From positions 192,001-256,000 of the forward strand of contig CAXXWC010000013.1 of NCBI GenBank assembly GCA_963668645.2: 64,000 nucleotides of DNA, in the 5' to 3' direction. Below the pieces are notes generated by a model, which worked only from the letters and a program-made list of their open reading frames with translations, made no database searches and was not told the origin of the DNA. Source of the stretch: Desulfobacterales bacterium (GTDB lineage Bacteria; Desulfobacterota; Desulfobacteria; Desulfobacterales; UBA2174). Each line of letters starts with the position of its first letter. Position 1 is the stretch's first letter. The translations under genes were made by a program, and so were the position numbers. Shown here in pieces: positions 18,185 through 28,375 of the stretch.

Positions 18185-19432
18185 CTAATGGATCAAACGG
18201 CCGGCCGGCGGAATCAGCCGGCCGGCGTTGAAGCCGGGATCCAGCAGGCGCTGTGGATCGCCGCAAACCGGGGTGCGCGAGCCGATCAGCGCGGTGAGCA
18301 CGCCGCCCTGGTCGATCTGGCCGACCATGGCCAGGCCCACCAGCCGCTCGTCGCGCAAGACCAGCTTGCGGTAGGTGTTGCGCCGCCGGTCATGGGCCTG
18401 CAGGACCTGGCAGGTGCCGTCTTGCGGCGGATTGACCAGGCCGGCGGTCATCAGGTCGAGATCGAAAATGCGGATCACGTTGCGGCTCAATGTGCCGGGA
18501 CAGGCCACCGGCCGGCCGGCCATGTTGAAGCCGGCGATGCGCCCGGTATGCACCGCCTCGGGCCAGATGGCGTTGACCCAGGGCGTTTGGCGGGCGATGT
18601 CCACGAACTCGGCCACATCACCGGCGGCGAAGATTTCCGGCACGCGGGTGCGCATGTGGGCGTCCACCACCACGCCCAGATCGATCTGGATGCGATCGGC
18701 GGGAAGGAAGCTTCGCGCCGGCAGGACCCCCTTGCCGATCACCACAAGGTCGCAGTCCAGGGTTGTGCCATCGGAAAGATGGGCCTTTTGCACCGCACCG
18801 TTGCCCTCGAAGGTTCGCACTTCGAGATTGACCCGGACGTCCAGGCCCCGGGCGATAAGGGCGTCGCGGATCATGGCCCCGGCCCGGGAATCGACCTGCA
18901 TGGAAAGGGGGTAGGCCGAACCGATGAGCATGGTCGTGGCGATTCCCCTTTGCATGAGCCCATAGGCCGCTTTGAAGCCCACCAGACCTCCGCCCAACAC
19001 AAGAGCGCGGCGGACCTTGTCCAGCACAGCGAGCATGGCTTGTGCATCGTCCCGGCGCCGCATGAAAAAAATGTTGTCCAGGTCGCGGCCTTCGGCACGG
19101 ATCGGCCGGGGATCGGCTCCCGAGGCGATGAGCAAACGGTCGTACGCGATCCGCCGGTCGCCGATGAGCACCTGCCGCCGATCAACGTCAATAGCCGTGG
19201 CGCGTTGCCCGAGGATCGGGGTGATGGCGAGGCGGTCGTAGAAACCGTTGCCGCGGATCGGCAGCCGTTCGGAACCGATGCGGCCTTCCAGAACCAGGCT
19301 GATCATGGGCCGGCAGTAAGGGGGGCCGGGCTCGTCACCGATCATGGTGATCGGTCCCCGGGGGTCGATGCTCCGGATCGCTTCGGCGGCCGCTACACCG
19401 GCGATCCCGTTGCCGATGATGGCGTAGTTCAT
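18185..19432 (-). CDS. FAD-dependent NAD(P)H oxidoreductase (FNOR)
   Basis: IIGNGIAG, LIASGA, VLGGGLVG, IFAAGDVA motifs. Confidence 0.9.
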   Translation of the reverse strand: MNYAIIGNGIAGVAAAEAIRSIDPRGPITMIGDEPGPPYCRPMISLVLEGRIGSERLPIRGNGFYDRLAITPILGQRATAIDVDRRQVLIGDRRIAYDRLLIASGADPRPIRAEGRDLDNIFFMRRRDDAQAMLAVLDKVRRALVLGGGLVGFKAAYGLMQRGIATTMLIGSAYPLSMQVDSRAGAMIRDALIARGLDVRVNLEVRTFEGNGAVQKAHLSDGTTLDCDLVVIGKGVLPARSFLPADRIQIDLGVVVDAHMRTRVPEIFAAGDVAEFVDIARQTPWVNAIWPEAVHTGRIAGFNMAGRPVACPGTLSRNVIRIFDLDLMTAGLVNPPQDGTCQVLQAHDRRRNTYRKLVLRDERLVGLAMVGQIDQGGVLTALIGSRTPVCGDPQRLLDPGFNAGRLIPPAGRLIH

Positions 19433-19496
19433 GGGAACCTCCGCTGGCAACGCAAAAGGATGGTGGGACGGTAGAATTGCTCAAAAAGATGCGAGG

Positions 19497-19510
19497 TTAC
19501 GAATTCGTAA
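19497..19510. promoter_or_regulatory. Perfect 14-bp palindrome, candidate operator
   Basis: TTACGAATTCGTAA in the divergent intergenic region between the coo operon and the WrbA-like gene. Confidence 0.4.
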
Positions 19511-19683
19511 AAACTATAGGCAGAGGCCGGATGGCAAGTCAAACAAAAACAGGCCGCTTGACTCGGGCGCCGAACGGGTTAGTTTTGCTAGTAATTTGAA
19601 AGTGAGTTTTCCAAACCCGGCCGGACGATTGCCCGCCGGGTTCACAACAATTGAAAATTGACTTGATGGGGAGGGAACGAACC

Positions 19684-20244
19684 ATGAGCAAGATCATCAT
19701 TGTTTACGCCACCGATTACGGCAATACGAAAAAAGTCGCCCAGACCATCGCCGAAGGGGCAGCGGGTGTCCCGGATACCGAGGTGATTGTCAAGACCGCC
19801 GAAGAGGCCACCGTGGAAGATCTCAAGGCGGCCGACGGCATCATTCTGGGCAGTCCGGTCCACATGGGCAGCATGGACTGGCGCATGAAAAAATTCATCG
19901 ATACCGTCTGCAGCCAGCTCTGGATGCAGGACGCGGCGGTGGGCAAGGTGGGGGCCGTCTTTGCCACCGGCAGTGGCTACGGCAACGTGGGCGGCGGCGC
20001 TGAGGTGACCCTCCTGTCGATGCTCAACAACTTGGTCGAACTCGGGTTGATCATCGTGCCGCTGCCCAAGAGCACGACGGGTTATGCCAAGTCCGGGCTT
20101 CAGTGGGGGGCTTATGCCCGCTCGGCCGGTGAAAATCTCGAACAGATCGGGGTCAACGACGAGGCTCTGGTGGCGGCACGCCACCACGGGGCCCACGTGG
20201 CCCGGGTCGCCGCGGCCCTCAAGGGGCAGACGATTTTCGGCTGA
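19684..20244 (+). CDS. WrbA-like flavodoxin-fold NAD(P)H oxidoreductase
   Basis: YATDYGNT FMN loop, ADGIILGSPVHMG, GKVGAVFATG. Confidence 0.85.
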   Translation: MSKIIIVYATDYGNTKKVAQTIAEGAAGVPDTEVIVKTAEEATVEDLKAADGIILGSPVHMGSMDWRMKKFIDTVCSQLWMQDAAVGKVGAVFATGSGYGNVGGGAEVTLLSMLNNLVELGLIIVPLPKSTTGYAKSGLQWGAYARSAGENLEQIGVNDEALVAARHHGAHVARVAAALKGQTIFG

Positions 20245-20325
20245 TCCGTTTTCTGGGTGGATCGAAGATCCTGACCGACGCAATGGGGATTGCCAGCGCG
20301 AACGGATTGCGGTAACCCAGGCGGC

Positions 20326-21913
20326 ATGCAAAACGTCGATTCAACCCGAGCACGAAACGGGGCGGACAGGGGGGGGGTGGATCCTGTCCGCCACCACCGG
20401 GTTGCTGCTTACGGCCGCCTTTCCGCCGGTAAACCTTTCGTGGCTGGCCTTCGCAGCCCTGATCCCCCTTTTGGCCGCGGTTTCAGGCCGGGGGCCGGCC
20501 CAGGCCTGGCGCTTTGGTTTTGCCACCGGCCTGGTGCATTACCTGACCCTGCTTTACTGGGTCGTTTACACCATGCAGACCTACGGTGGCCTGCCGCTCT
20601 ATCTCAGCCTGCCGGTGCTCGTGCTGCTGGCGGCCTATCTGGCCGTTTACCCGGCGGCTTTTGCGGCCGGCCTGGCACTGATGCGGCTTTCACCCTGGGT
20701 TCTGGTTCCGGGCGCCGCCGCGCTCTGGACAGGGTTGGAGCTGATCCGCGCCCACCTGTTCACCGGTTTTCCCTGGGCCCTTTTGGGCTACAGCCAATAC
20801 TCCCGTTTACCCCTGATCCAGGTAGCCGATATCACCGGGGTTTACGGGATTTCTTTTTTTATCGTACTCGTCAACGCCGGCCTCTGGATTTTCTTCTCGG
20901 CCCTTTGCGGGGCAGGCTGGCGGGGGCCGGCGGTCTCCAAGGGGAGCGCGGCCGGTGTCCTGGGCCTTGTCCTGATCGCTGCGGCCGGTCTTGCGGGCTA
21001 CGGCCAATGGCGCCTGGACGAGGTGGTGGGATTGGAATCCGCGGCGCCACAGCGCAAGGTCGCCGTGGTTCAGGGCAACATCGACCAGACCCTCAAGTGG
21101 GACCCGGCCTTTCAGACCGCCAGCGTGGAAAAATATCTGGCCCTTTCCGCCCGTGCGATGGCGCAGGGGCCGGATCTGGTGGTCTGGCCGGAGACGGCGA
21201 CACCCTTCTACCTCTTTTATCAGCAGCCGCTCACCGGGATGGTGACCGGCTTCGTGGCCCGCTCCGGCACGCCGTTTCTGGTGGGCAGCCCCTCGTTTCG
21301 CCCCAACGGCGAAGCCATGGACTATTTTAACAGCGCCTATCTCATCGACGCCGCAGGCCGTCCTGCAGGCCGCTATGACAAGGTCCACCTGGTCCCCTTC
21401 GGCGAGTACGTGCCGCTCAAGCGCTATCTGCCATTTCTGGGCAAGATGGTGGCCCAGGTGGGTGATTTCAAGAGCGGCCCTCTTGGTGCCACCCTGGCCT
21501 GGGGGGGGCGGCGCCTGGGCGTCCAGATCTGCTACGAGATCATTTTTCCCCGCCTTTCACGCCAGATGGTGGCCGGCGGCGCCGATATCCTGGTCAACAT
21601 GACCAACGACGCCTGGTTCGGGCGCACCGGGGCCCCGTACCAGCACTTTGCCATGGCGGTGCTGCGGGCCGTGGAAAACCGCCGCACCGTGGTGCGGGCC
21701 GCCAACACCGGCATCAGCGCCGTGATCGGGCCCGAAGGACGGGTGGCTCTGCGCACGGAATTGTTCGAGGATGCGGCCTTTACCCGGTCCGTGCCGCTGA
21801 TGGCCGAAAAGACCTTCTATACCCGCTTCGGCGACGTCTGGGCCGGCTTGTGTCTGGTGGTGTCTCTGGTGCTGCTGGGGGTGGGGTTTTGGCGGCGGCG
21901 GGACGATCTTTAA
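20326..21913 (+). CDS. lnt: Apolipoprotein N-acyltransferase (5' start ambiguous; G9 tract)
   Basis: TGFPW, QGNI, WPE, YDKVHLVPFGEY, ICYE, TNDAWFG, RAANTGIS motifs. Confidence 0.9.
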
Positions 21914-22614
21914 ATATCCATCGCCGCACCATTGCGGCGCAGCCACTCCTTGCGCTCTGGATAGTCGGGCATGATCTTGTCCATCTCGTTCCAGAATGCC
22001 TCGTCATGATTGCGGCGGTGGAGGTGGCACAGCTCGTGGACCACGATGTAGTCGATGATTCTCAACGGCGCCATCATGCACTTCCAGTGGAAGGAAAGCT
22101 TTGCCCGGGCGTTGCACGAGGCCCAGCGATAGCCGAGGTCCCCGACACAAACCCCGCTGACCGTCACGCCCACCCGGGCGGCATATTCGGCCACACGCTG
22201 CGGCAGTTTTTCGTTTCCCTTGTCGATGTAAAACAGCCGAAAGGCCTCACGTGCAGCCGATTCATCCTGCTCTGCGATACGGCGCGGCAGCAGGAACCGG
22301 CCGTTTTTCAACAATAGGGGCGCGTTCTGATTCTCGACCAGGGATAGACGGTACGACCGGCCGAGGTAGAGAAATCCTTCGCCGTTGCGAAACTCGCGTA
22401 GGATACGGCTCGCGTTCCACTCGCGCCATTCGGCCATGTTCTTGTAAATCCAATAGCGCTTATCGCGGACCATGGCATCCACGGCGTCTTCCGGCAAGTC
22501 TTCGGGTGCCCGCACGGTGATGGTGCCGTCGCGTTCGAGAATGATGTCGGCGGTACGCCGCGCGTCGCTGCGCAACAGCCGGTATTCGATATTTTCGCAC
22601 TGCCTCTTTTTCAT
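21910..22614 (-). CDS. M48/YgjP (DUF45) metallopeptidase-like protein associated with type I R-M
   Basis: RWASC, DYIVVHELCHL HExxH motif; overlaps the hsdR stop. Confidence 0.88.
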   Translation of the reverse strand: MKKRQCENIEYRLLRSDARRTADIILERDGTITVRAPEDLPEDAVDAMVRDKRYWIYKNMAEWREWNASRILREFRNGEGFLYLGRSYRLSLVENQNAPLLLKNGRFLLPRRIAEQDESAAREAFRLFYIDKGNEKLPQRVAEYAARVGVTVSGVCVGDLGYRWASCNARAKLSFHWKCMMAPLRIIDYIVVHELCHLHRRNHDEAFWNEMDKIMPDYPERKEWLRRNGAAMDI

Positions 22615-25600
22615 CGATGATGATCGCCTACGATCCGATCGTGCCGGTGTTTGGCCAGCTTGAGAATCTCCACGGCCAGACGTTGATGGTGCTGCGTGAT
22701 CTCCGGGATGTCGGCCATCAGCAGGGCGTCGGTCAGGGTGCCGCGCAGGCGTCGCTGTTCGGCCGGATTGTTCCAGAAATCGATCAGTCCGATGGTTTCC
22801 TGCAGGATTTCCACGACCCGCCGCAGCAGGGCCGTCATGGCCGCCTGGCTCCCGGCGGGCACACCGGCATCGCCGAAGGCCAGCACCGCCACGTGCTCGA
22901 AAAAGGTGGTCTCTTCGCGATCGAGTCCCTCGACCAGGGCCTGACGCCCGGCAAGGGCCTCGCGACGCAACTTCTCCAGGTGCTCGGTCAGCACGTCCCA
23001 GTTTTCACGATGCCGCTGCAGCAACTGCTCGAGCTTTTCCGACAGGCGCCCGTAAAAGACCGGGTCCTCGTCGAAATGCACCGTGCAGTGCTTGCGGATG
23101 GCGTGCTCCATCTCGCTGGCCTTGGCCTCCTTGTCCCCTCCGGCGTGGCGGTCCAACCGCTCCAGGAAATCCTCGGCCAGAAGCTCCACCGGCGGCACCT
23201 TGGGATTGATGCCCAGGCTGATCAGGTGCTCGTTGATCAGCCGCTTGACCTTCTCGCCGGCGTCGCCCAGGTCGAGGGTTTCATCCTTGTAGCGCTCCTT
23301 GGTCATGCGCAGGATATAGCCGAAACGCCGGGCCGGAACTCGGTAGGGGGCGGCCGCGGCATGAGGCAGGACGATGTCGAGGCTCATGAGGAATTTTTTC
23401 AGAAACACCTCAAAATCCGCCCGTTTCTCGATGTCTTTCAACTGGCCCACGGCCTGGTGCACAAGGGCCGCCTCGGCGGCCGCATCCGACATGGCCCCGG
23501 TGACGAGGGCCCGCATCTCCCGGACCCCCAGCGCGTCGAAGAACTGGACCAGCCGGTTGAATCGCTCTTCGAGCACCGGCGCTTCGCTGAGAATGCTCTT
23601 GAGCCCTTCGCGCAGTTCATCCTGCTCGTCGGCGGCCGCATACAGGGTCAGGGCCGCGGTCAGGTGGTTGGCCAGTCCGATGTAGTCCACCACGTAGCCA
23701 CGCTGCTTGCCGCTCGCCACCCGGTTGACGCGCGCGATGGCCTGGAGCAGGTTGTGCTCCCGGATCTTCTTGTCGATGTACATCACCTGCTCGACCGGCG
23801 CGTCGAAACCGGTAAGCAGCATGTCGCAGACAATGAGAAAGGCGATGCCGGTATCGACCTTGTCCGGCTCGCTGCGGTCGAAGGGCTTGCAGAAGTTTTC
23901 CACCGCGTTGGTGCGGCGCGCCTCCTTGCGGGCCTGGGTGACGTAGGCCGGCTCGTTGACCCCGTCGGGCGAGATCACCACGGCAGTCTTCAAAAAGCCG
24001 ATGCGGGCGATGCGCTCCAGATCCGGCGTGGTGGCGGCCTTCTCCTTTTCCAGGCGCGCGGCCAGGGCAGCGTCGATGAACTTCTGGTAGCGCACCGCCG
24101 CCAGCTTCGAGTGGCAGACCACCTGGGCCTTGAACCCGTTGGGCAGGATGTGCTCGACGTAGTGGTCCACCAGATCGCAGGCGATGGCCTCGATGCGCCG
24201 CTCGGCCTCCAGGATGTCGCCGGTGGCGCCGTACTTTTTCTTGATGGCCAGCAGCTCGGCCTCGTCGCGGTCGCGGAACAGGTCCTCGAACTTGGTGTCG
24301 AAGGCGTGCTTCTCGTTGATGGCCGCATCGGCGGTCTTGCCTTCATAGAGGATCTGCAAGGTGGTGCCGTCGTCAACCGCGTCCTTGAGCCGGTAGGTGT
24401 CGATGTACTGGCCGAAGCGGCGCACGGTGCGCTTTTCACCGTGGCGTACGGTGATCAGGGGGGTGCCGGTAAAGGCGATGCGCGCCGCGTTGGGAAAGGC
24501 CTCCAACAGGTTGTCGGACAGTCCGGTGCCGCTCTCGTTGCCCCGCTGGGTGCGATGGGCCTCGTCGATCATCAGTACGATGCGCGCCGAATCGTTGACC
24601 GTGCCGAAAGTGCTGGCCGCCGGGATGTCGCCGTAGAGGGCCAGTGCCTCGGCCACCTGGCGCGGCAGCTCCGGCCGCCTTTCGGCGAACTTGTGCACCA
24701 TCACCATGTTGACGTCCGAAGCGTCGGTGGCCAGATGGGCCCGCAGCTCGGCCGTGTTGGCGATCACGTTGACCCGCCCGCCGACGAGCCGCGCCGTGCG
24801 GGCGAGCTGGCGCTCCAGGTCGACCCGGTCGTTGACCAGGATGATCTTGTGGTCGTTTAGATCCGCCGAGGCCCGCAGCATGCGCGCCACGAACACCATG
24901 GTGAGTGATTTTCCCGATCCCTGGGTGTGCCAGACCACCCCGGAACGCTCGGCCGCGGTCCTGCCCGCCCGCAGCCGCTCCACGATGCGGCAGGCGGCGC
25001 GAAACTGCTGGTAGCGCGCCACCACCTTGATCCGCCGCCCGTCGTCGGTGTCCATGAACACGGCGCAGGTGCGCAGCAGGCCGAGCAGGTTGGCCCTGGC
25101 CAGCATCCCCTGGACCAGGCGCTCTTGCGCGCGCTCCACCCCCAGCGGCGGCCGAAAGTCCTTCAGCACCTCAGGCCAGATCTCCTTCCAGCCGAAATAG
25201 TGCCCCTCGTCGGCGGTGATGGTGCCGAAATCGGCCTTTTCCCCGCAGGTACGGATCAGCAGTAGGTTGAAGTGAAACAGCCGCGGCTCGCCCTCGCGCA
25301 GCCCGGCCGCCGCGGTTTCCGGCCGCCCGTTGCGGTAGCGCAGAAGCTGCACGAAGGCCTCGTGCATGGGGTTGGCGCAGGTCGGCCCGCCGATTTTGCA
25401 CTCGACCACCGCCAGGGGCATGCCGTTGACGAACAGGACGATGTCCGGGATGATGCAGGTCTTCACCGCTCCAGGCGTGTCGATGCGAAACTGGTTGACG
25501 GCGGTAAAGCGGTTGTTTTCGGGACGGTCGAAGTCGATGAGCCGCACCACCGGGTCTTCTTCGCCGGTGATTTCGTTGCGGTCCACCTGGGCCTTGAAGA

Positions 25601-25895
25601 TCAGGCGCTGGACCGCCTCGTTGGCCTCCAGCAGGGTAAGGTTGGGCTGGCGCAGCAATTGGTCGCGCAGGTCGTCGAGTTGGGCGCCGGTCAGCCACGG
25701 CCGGCCGTCTTCGGTCCGGTTGATCGCTTGCACCGCATCGCGAAACACCCCGGGCAGCAGCCACTGGCGAAAGCTCTCGCGCAGGGATGCCGCCGGGTCG
25801 ACCGGCACCCGGCCGCATCCCTGGTCCACCACCTTCCAGCCCAGGGCGGCCAGTTGGTCGAGAAACGGTTTTTCGACATGGCGGTATTCCGACAT
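22611..25895 (-). CDS. hsdR: Type I restriction endonuclease subunit R
   Basis: PDIVLFVNG..VVECK, HTQGSGKS, DEAH, FTGTP, MLLTGFD, QAIARVNR. Confidence 0.96.
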   Translation of the reverse strand: MSEYRHVEKPFLDQLAALGWKVVDQGCGRVPVDPAASLRESFRQWLLPGVFRDAVQAINRTEDGRPWLTGAQLDDLRDQLLRQPNLTLLEANEAVQRLIFKAQVDRNEITGEEDPVVRLIDFDRPENNRFTAVNQFRIDTPGAVKTCIIPDIVLFVNGMPLAVVECKIGGPTCANPMHEAFVQLLRYRNGRPETAAAGLREGEPRLFHFNLLLIRTCGEKADFGTITADEGHYFGWKEIWPEVLKDFRPPLGVERAQERLVQGMLARANLLGLLRTCAVFMDTDDGRRIKVVARYQQFRAACRIVERLRAGRTAAERSGVVWHTQGSGKSLTMVFVARMLRASADLNDHKIILVNDRVDLERQLARTARLVGGRVNVIANTAELRAHLATDASDVNMVMVHKFAERRPELPRQVAEALALYGDIPAASTFGTVNDSARIVLMIDEAHRTQRGNESGTGLSDNLLEAFPNAARIAFTGTPLITVRHGEKRTVRRFGQYIDTYRLKDAVDDGTTLQILYEGKTADAAINEKHAFDTKFEDLFRDRDEAELLAIKKKYGATGDILEAERRIEAIACDLVDHYVEHILPNGFKAQVVCHSKLAAVRYQKFIDAALAARLEKEKAATTPDLERIARIGFLKTAVVISPDGVNEPAYVTQARKEARRTNAVENFCKPFDRSEPDKVDTGIAFLIVCDMLLTGFDAPVEQVMYIDKKIREHNLLQAIARVNRVASGKQRGYVVDYIGLANHLTAALTLYAAADEQDELREGLKSILSEAPVLEERFNRLVQFFDALGVREMRALVTGAMSDAAAEAALVHQAVGQLKDIEKRADFEVFLKKFLMSLDIVLPHAAAAPYRVPARRFGYILRMTKERYKDETLDLGDAGEKVKRLINEHLISLGINPKVPPVELLAEDFLERLDRHAGGDKEAKASEMEHAIRKHCTVHFDEDPVFYGRLSEKLEQLLQRHRENWDVLTEHLEKLRREALAGRQALVEGLDREETTFFEHVAVLAFGDAGVPAGSQAAMTALLRRVVEILQETIGLIDFWNNPAEQRRLRGTLTDALLMADIPEITQHHQRLAVEILKLAKHRHDRIVGDHHR

Positions 25896-25899
25896 GGGA

Positions 25900-26231
25900 T
25901 TACCCGAACAGCACCTTTTCCAGCTTGGCCGCCGCTTCCCGGCGTTTGGCCGGATTCATTCGTGCCAGATTCATCACTTTCCATCGAATAGCCGGAAGGT
26001 GCTCTGCTTCAGGCAGCGCAAACGTATGCCAATCCTGGATTCCCCGCTTGAGTGCCAGCAGGAAATGCTTGTCCGTATCGCTGAGTGCGGCATGGACGTC
26101 AGAAACCAATTGGGGCAATGTATCCCGTAGCTGGCCAAGTTCCAAGGGTGCATAGAGCATGTCTTTCAGCTCAGACGTATACAGCGGGCCTATGTCCTGA
26201 CCTGTTCAGTAAAGGGGGTGTTCGCTTCCAC
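25900..26231 (-). pseudogene. AbiEii nucleotidyltransferase toxin, internally deleted
   Basis: GTG start (MEANTPFTEQVR) overlapping the antitoxin stop, joined out of frame to ~100 C-terminal codons (...LPAIRWKVMNL...). Confidence 0.75.
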
Positions 26232-26988
26232 CGGTCATCTCCCTCGGGACGGTGATCTGGTAGGCCGCATCCAATGCGCCGCCCCTGACCAGCATGCGCT
26301 TGCCCCGGCCAAGATCGATGTCTTCGGTATTGAGCGTCTGGCGCCAGGCGTGGCCGTGCCGGTCGCTGAACCATAGAAAAAGACGTTTGGCCTTTACCTG
26401 GGAGCATGCGTTCAGCAGCGCATTCAGCAGATCCGGGCGAAAGTTGACCGCCGCCTCGAAAAACTTGTCGGCCAGGGAAAAACCGACCGCATCCTCAACG
26501 TCGGCCAGAAGCTCCAGCATGGCCAGTTCCGGTGTGCTGTACGGAATGGGCCAGTCCCAGGCGCCGAAAAGCCTGGGCTGCACCGCGCCCTCCGGAAGCG
26601 GGCCGAACAATCGCCGGGTATGGATCTCGAATCGAAATGAACCGGGGAAGTCGGGCACCCAACTCGGTACTTTGCCGAAACCGTAAAGGTCGATGCGCCT
26701 GACATCGCCTGCCGGCAGGTAGTGGGCCAGCCCCTGCAGCTCCAACCCGCTGCGGCCTCCCACGCGCACGGGCTGCCCCATCTCGTTGAGGGAGTAGACT
26801 ACGTGCTCCCATTTGAGCGGCGGCCCCGGCCGGCGGTAGACGCCACGAACCACCGCCTCCAGTTTGCCCGCGCGCAGGGCATAATCCACCCGCGGCCGGT
26901 TGAAGCCCCGTTTTTGAAGCCAGGCCCGGCTTACCAACTGGCCGTCGGCCAGGCACTGTTCAAGGGATGGTTCGATCTGTATCGCCAT
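26206..26988 (-). CDS. Type IV TA / AbiEi antitoxin
   Basis: RGVYRRPG, VGGRSGLELQGLAHY, STPELAMLELL, CSQVKAKRLFL, DLGRGKRMLV motifs. Confidence 0.88.
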   Translation of the reverse strand: MAIQIEPSLEQCLADGQLVSRAWLQKRGFNRPRVDYALRAGKLEAVVRGVYRRPGPPLKWEHVVYSLNEMGQPVRVGGRSGLELQGLAHYLPAGDVRRIDLYGFGKVPSWVPDFPGSFRFEIHTRRLFGPLPEGAVQPRLFGAWDWPIPYSTPELAMLELLADVEDAVGFSLADKFFEAAVNFRPDLLNALLNACSQVKAKRLFLWFSDRHGHAWRQTLNTEDIDLGRGKRMLVRGGALDAAYQITVPREMTGGSEHPLY

Positions 26989-27049
26989 GGTTTATCAAAC
27001 CTTATTGATGCATTGTTTATATATGCATTTGCAAGTTTTGACAAACCAT
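26987..27049. promoter_or_regulatory. Inverted repeat, probable AbiEi autoregulatory operator
   Basis: ATGGTTTATCAAACCTTATTGATGCAT ... ATGCATTTGCAAGTTTTGACAAACCAT (27-bp arms, 6 mismatches) directly upstream of abiEi. Confidence 0.65.
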
Positions 27050-27123
27050 TAGTTTATAATTCATGGCTTTTGCATACAGAAACCAGGGTAAAACTGGACT
27101 TTCGTAAACTCTGGGGTCGCCGT

Positions 27124-28326
27124 TCAATCCAGGCTGTCGAGAAGCTCCCGCCCTTTGCGGGTCGTCCGGTACTTCTGTTTCGGGCTGTTGGGGCTGTCCG
27201 GCGCGGTCATCTCCAGAAGTCCCGCTTCGAGCAAGGGTCTCAGCACGGCGTTGCGGAACTTGGTCCGGTTCGATCGTCCTGTTGCGTCCATCAATTCAGC
27301 CAGCGGCATGGGATCTCGACAAATTTTCAAGACATTATGCTGTTCGGGGACCGACTCGAACTTGGTCCCTACTTGGTCCCTACTTGGTCCCTACTTGGTC
27401 CCTGCTTGGTTCCCACTTGGTGCCTGCTTGGTGCCTGCTCGGCTCCGGTTCTATTTCTGTCAGCGGGACCTTATCCCTTTTAATGAACTGGGCTTGAAAG
27501 GCTTGTCCCGCTTCTTTCAGTTCGAGTCCGATTTCCGGATAATCCTCCAGTTCCTTGCGCATCTTCTGGATGCCGCTGCCCCAGGCCTTGATGAGCCTCA
27601 AGTCCTTGAAAATCAGCGCTAAAACACGGTTTCGGATTTCCGAGCGGCCACTGCCAAGCTCGTCGATGGGCAAGGTGTCGGGCAAGGGACCGGGACTGGT
27701 GATCTCCAGCATGTCATCGTAGATCGCCACTTTGATGTCGCTGCCGAGGATGGCATAATCGCGGTGGATGACCGCGTTGACCAGCGCTTCGCGGATGGCT
27801 TCCAGAGGGTACTCCCAGCGTTCTTCGCGGTAAATCTCACCAATGGTGGCCCCCAGGGCGATGTTCTTCTTGATGAAGGCCATGCAGGGTTCCACCGTGG
27901 CAAAGATCGGGCCGTCGATGGTGGTCTGGTCCAGAAAAACGCTCCGCGTGATCCCCTTGAACCGGGCGCACTCGATCTTGGCGTACGGGAAAAGCCGCTT
28001 GCGCACCGGCCCATCGGCCAGCAGCACGGCGGCGTGGGTCGGCCAGACCGCGTCGCGTTCGGTGTGAAAAAGCCCCAGGTTGGCAAGGTGCTTCCGGGTC
28101 AGGGTCTTCCCGGTGCGCTCGGCATAGGCGGCGATGAACCCGGACAGATCGAGGTCATCCGCGGCGCGTCCTTGACCCCGAAAGCAATCCTCCCCCCGGC
28201 CCCGTTGGCAAAGGCCACGGCGGTGATCGCCACCTAGTCACCTTTGGGAAACGTCTCCTTGAACTCCAAGCGCCGGGATTCGGGCTGGCGGAGAAAGGCG
28301 GGGATGTCGATTTCAACCGTTGCCAT
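27124..28326 (-). pseudogene. AlbA_2 (Schlafen-like) / HATPase_c_4 / wHTH protein, disrupted
   Basis: ESRRLEFKE..*..AVAFANGAGG (TAG at 28234-28236); frameshifting deletion near 28160; AIREALVNAVIHRDY, EITSPG, RN, WGSG motifs; C-terminal HTH split off by a repeat tract. Confidence 0.8.
27360..27436. repeat. 11-bp tandem repeat, 7 units (4 perfect ACTTGGTCCCT)
   Basis: Units start at 27360, 27371, 27382, 27393 (perfect) and 27404, 27415, 27426 (degenerate). Confidence 0.95.
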
Positions 28327-28375
28327 ACGGGACACCATCATCCTTGCGCATCGTTGAATAGATTTTCTAATCTCA

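Noticed and set aside
27360..27436. Possible CRISPR array or iteron
   Set aside because: 11-bp units without spacers, inside a coding region; no cas or rep gene
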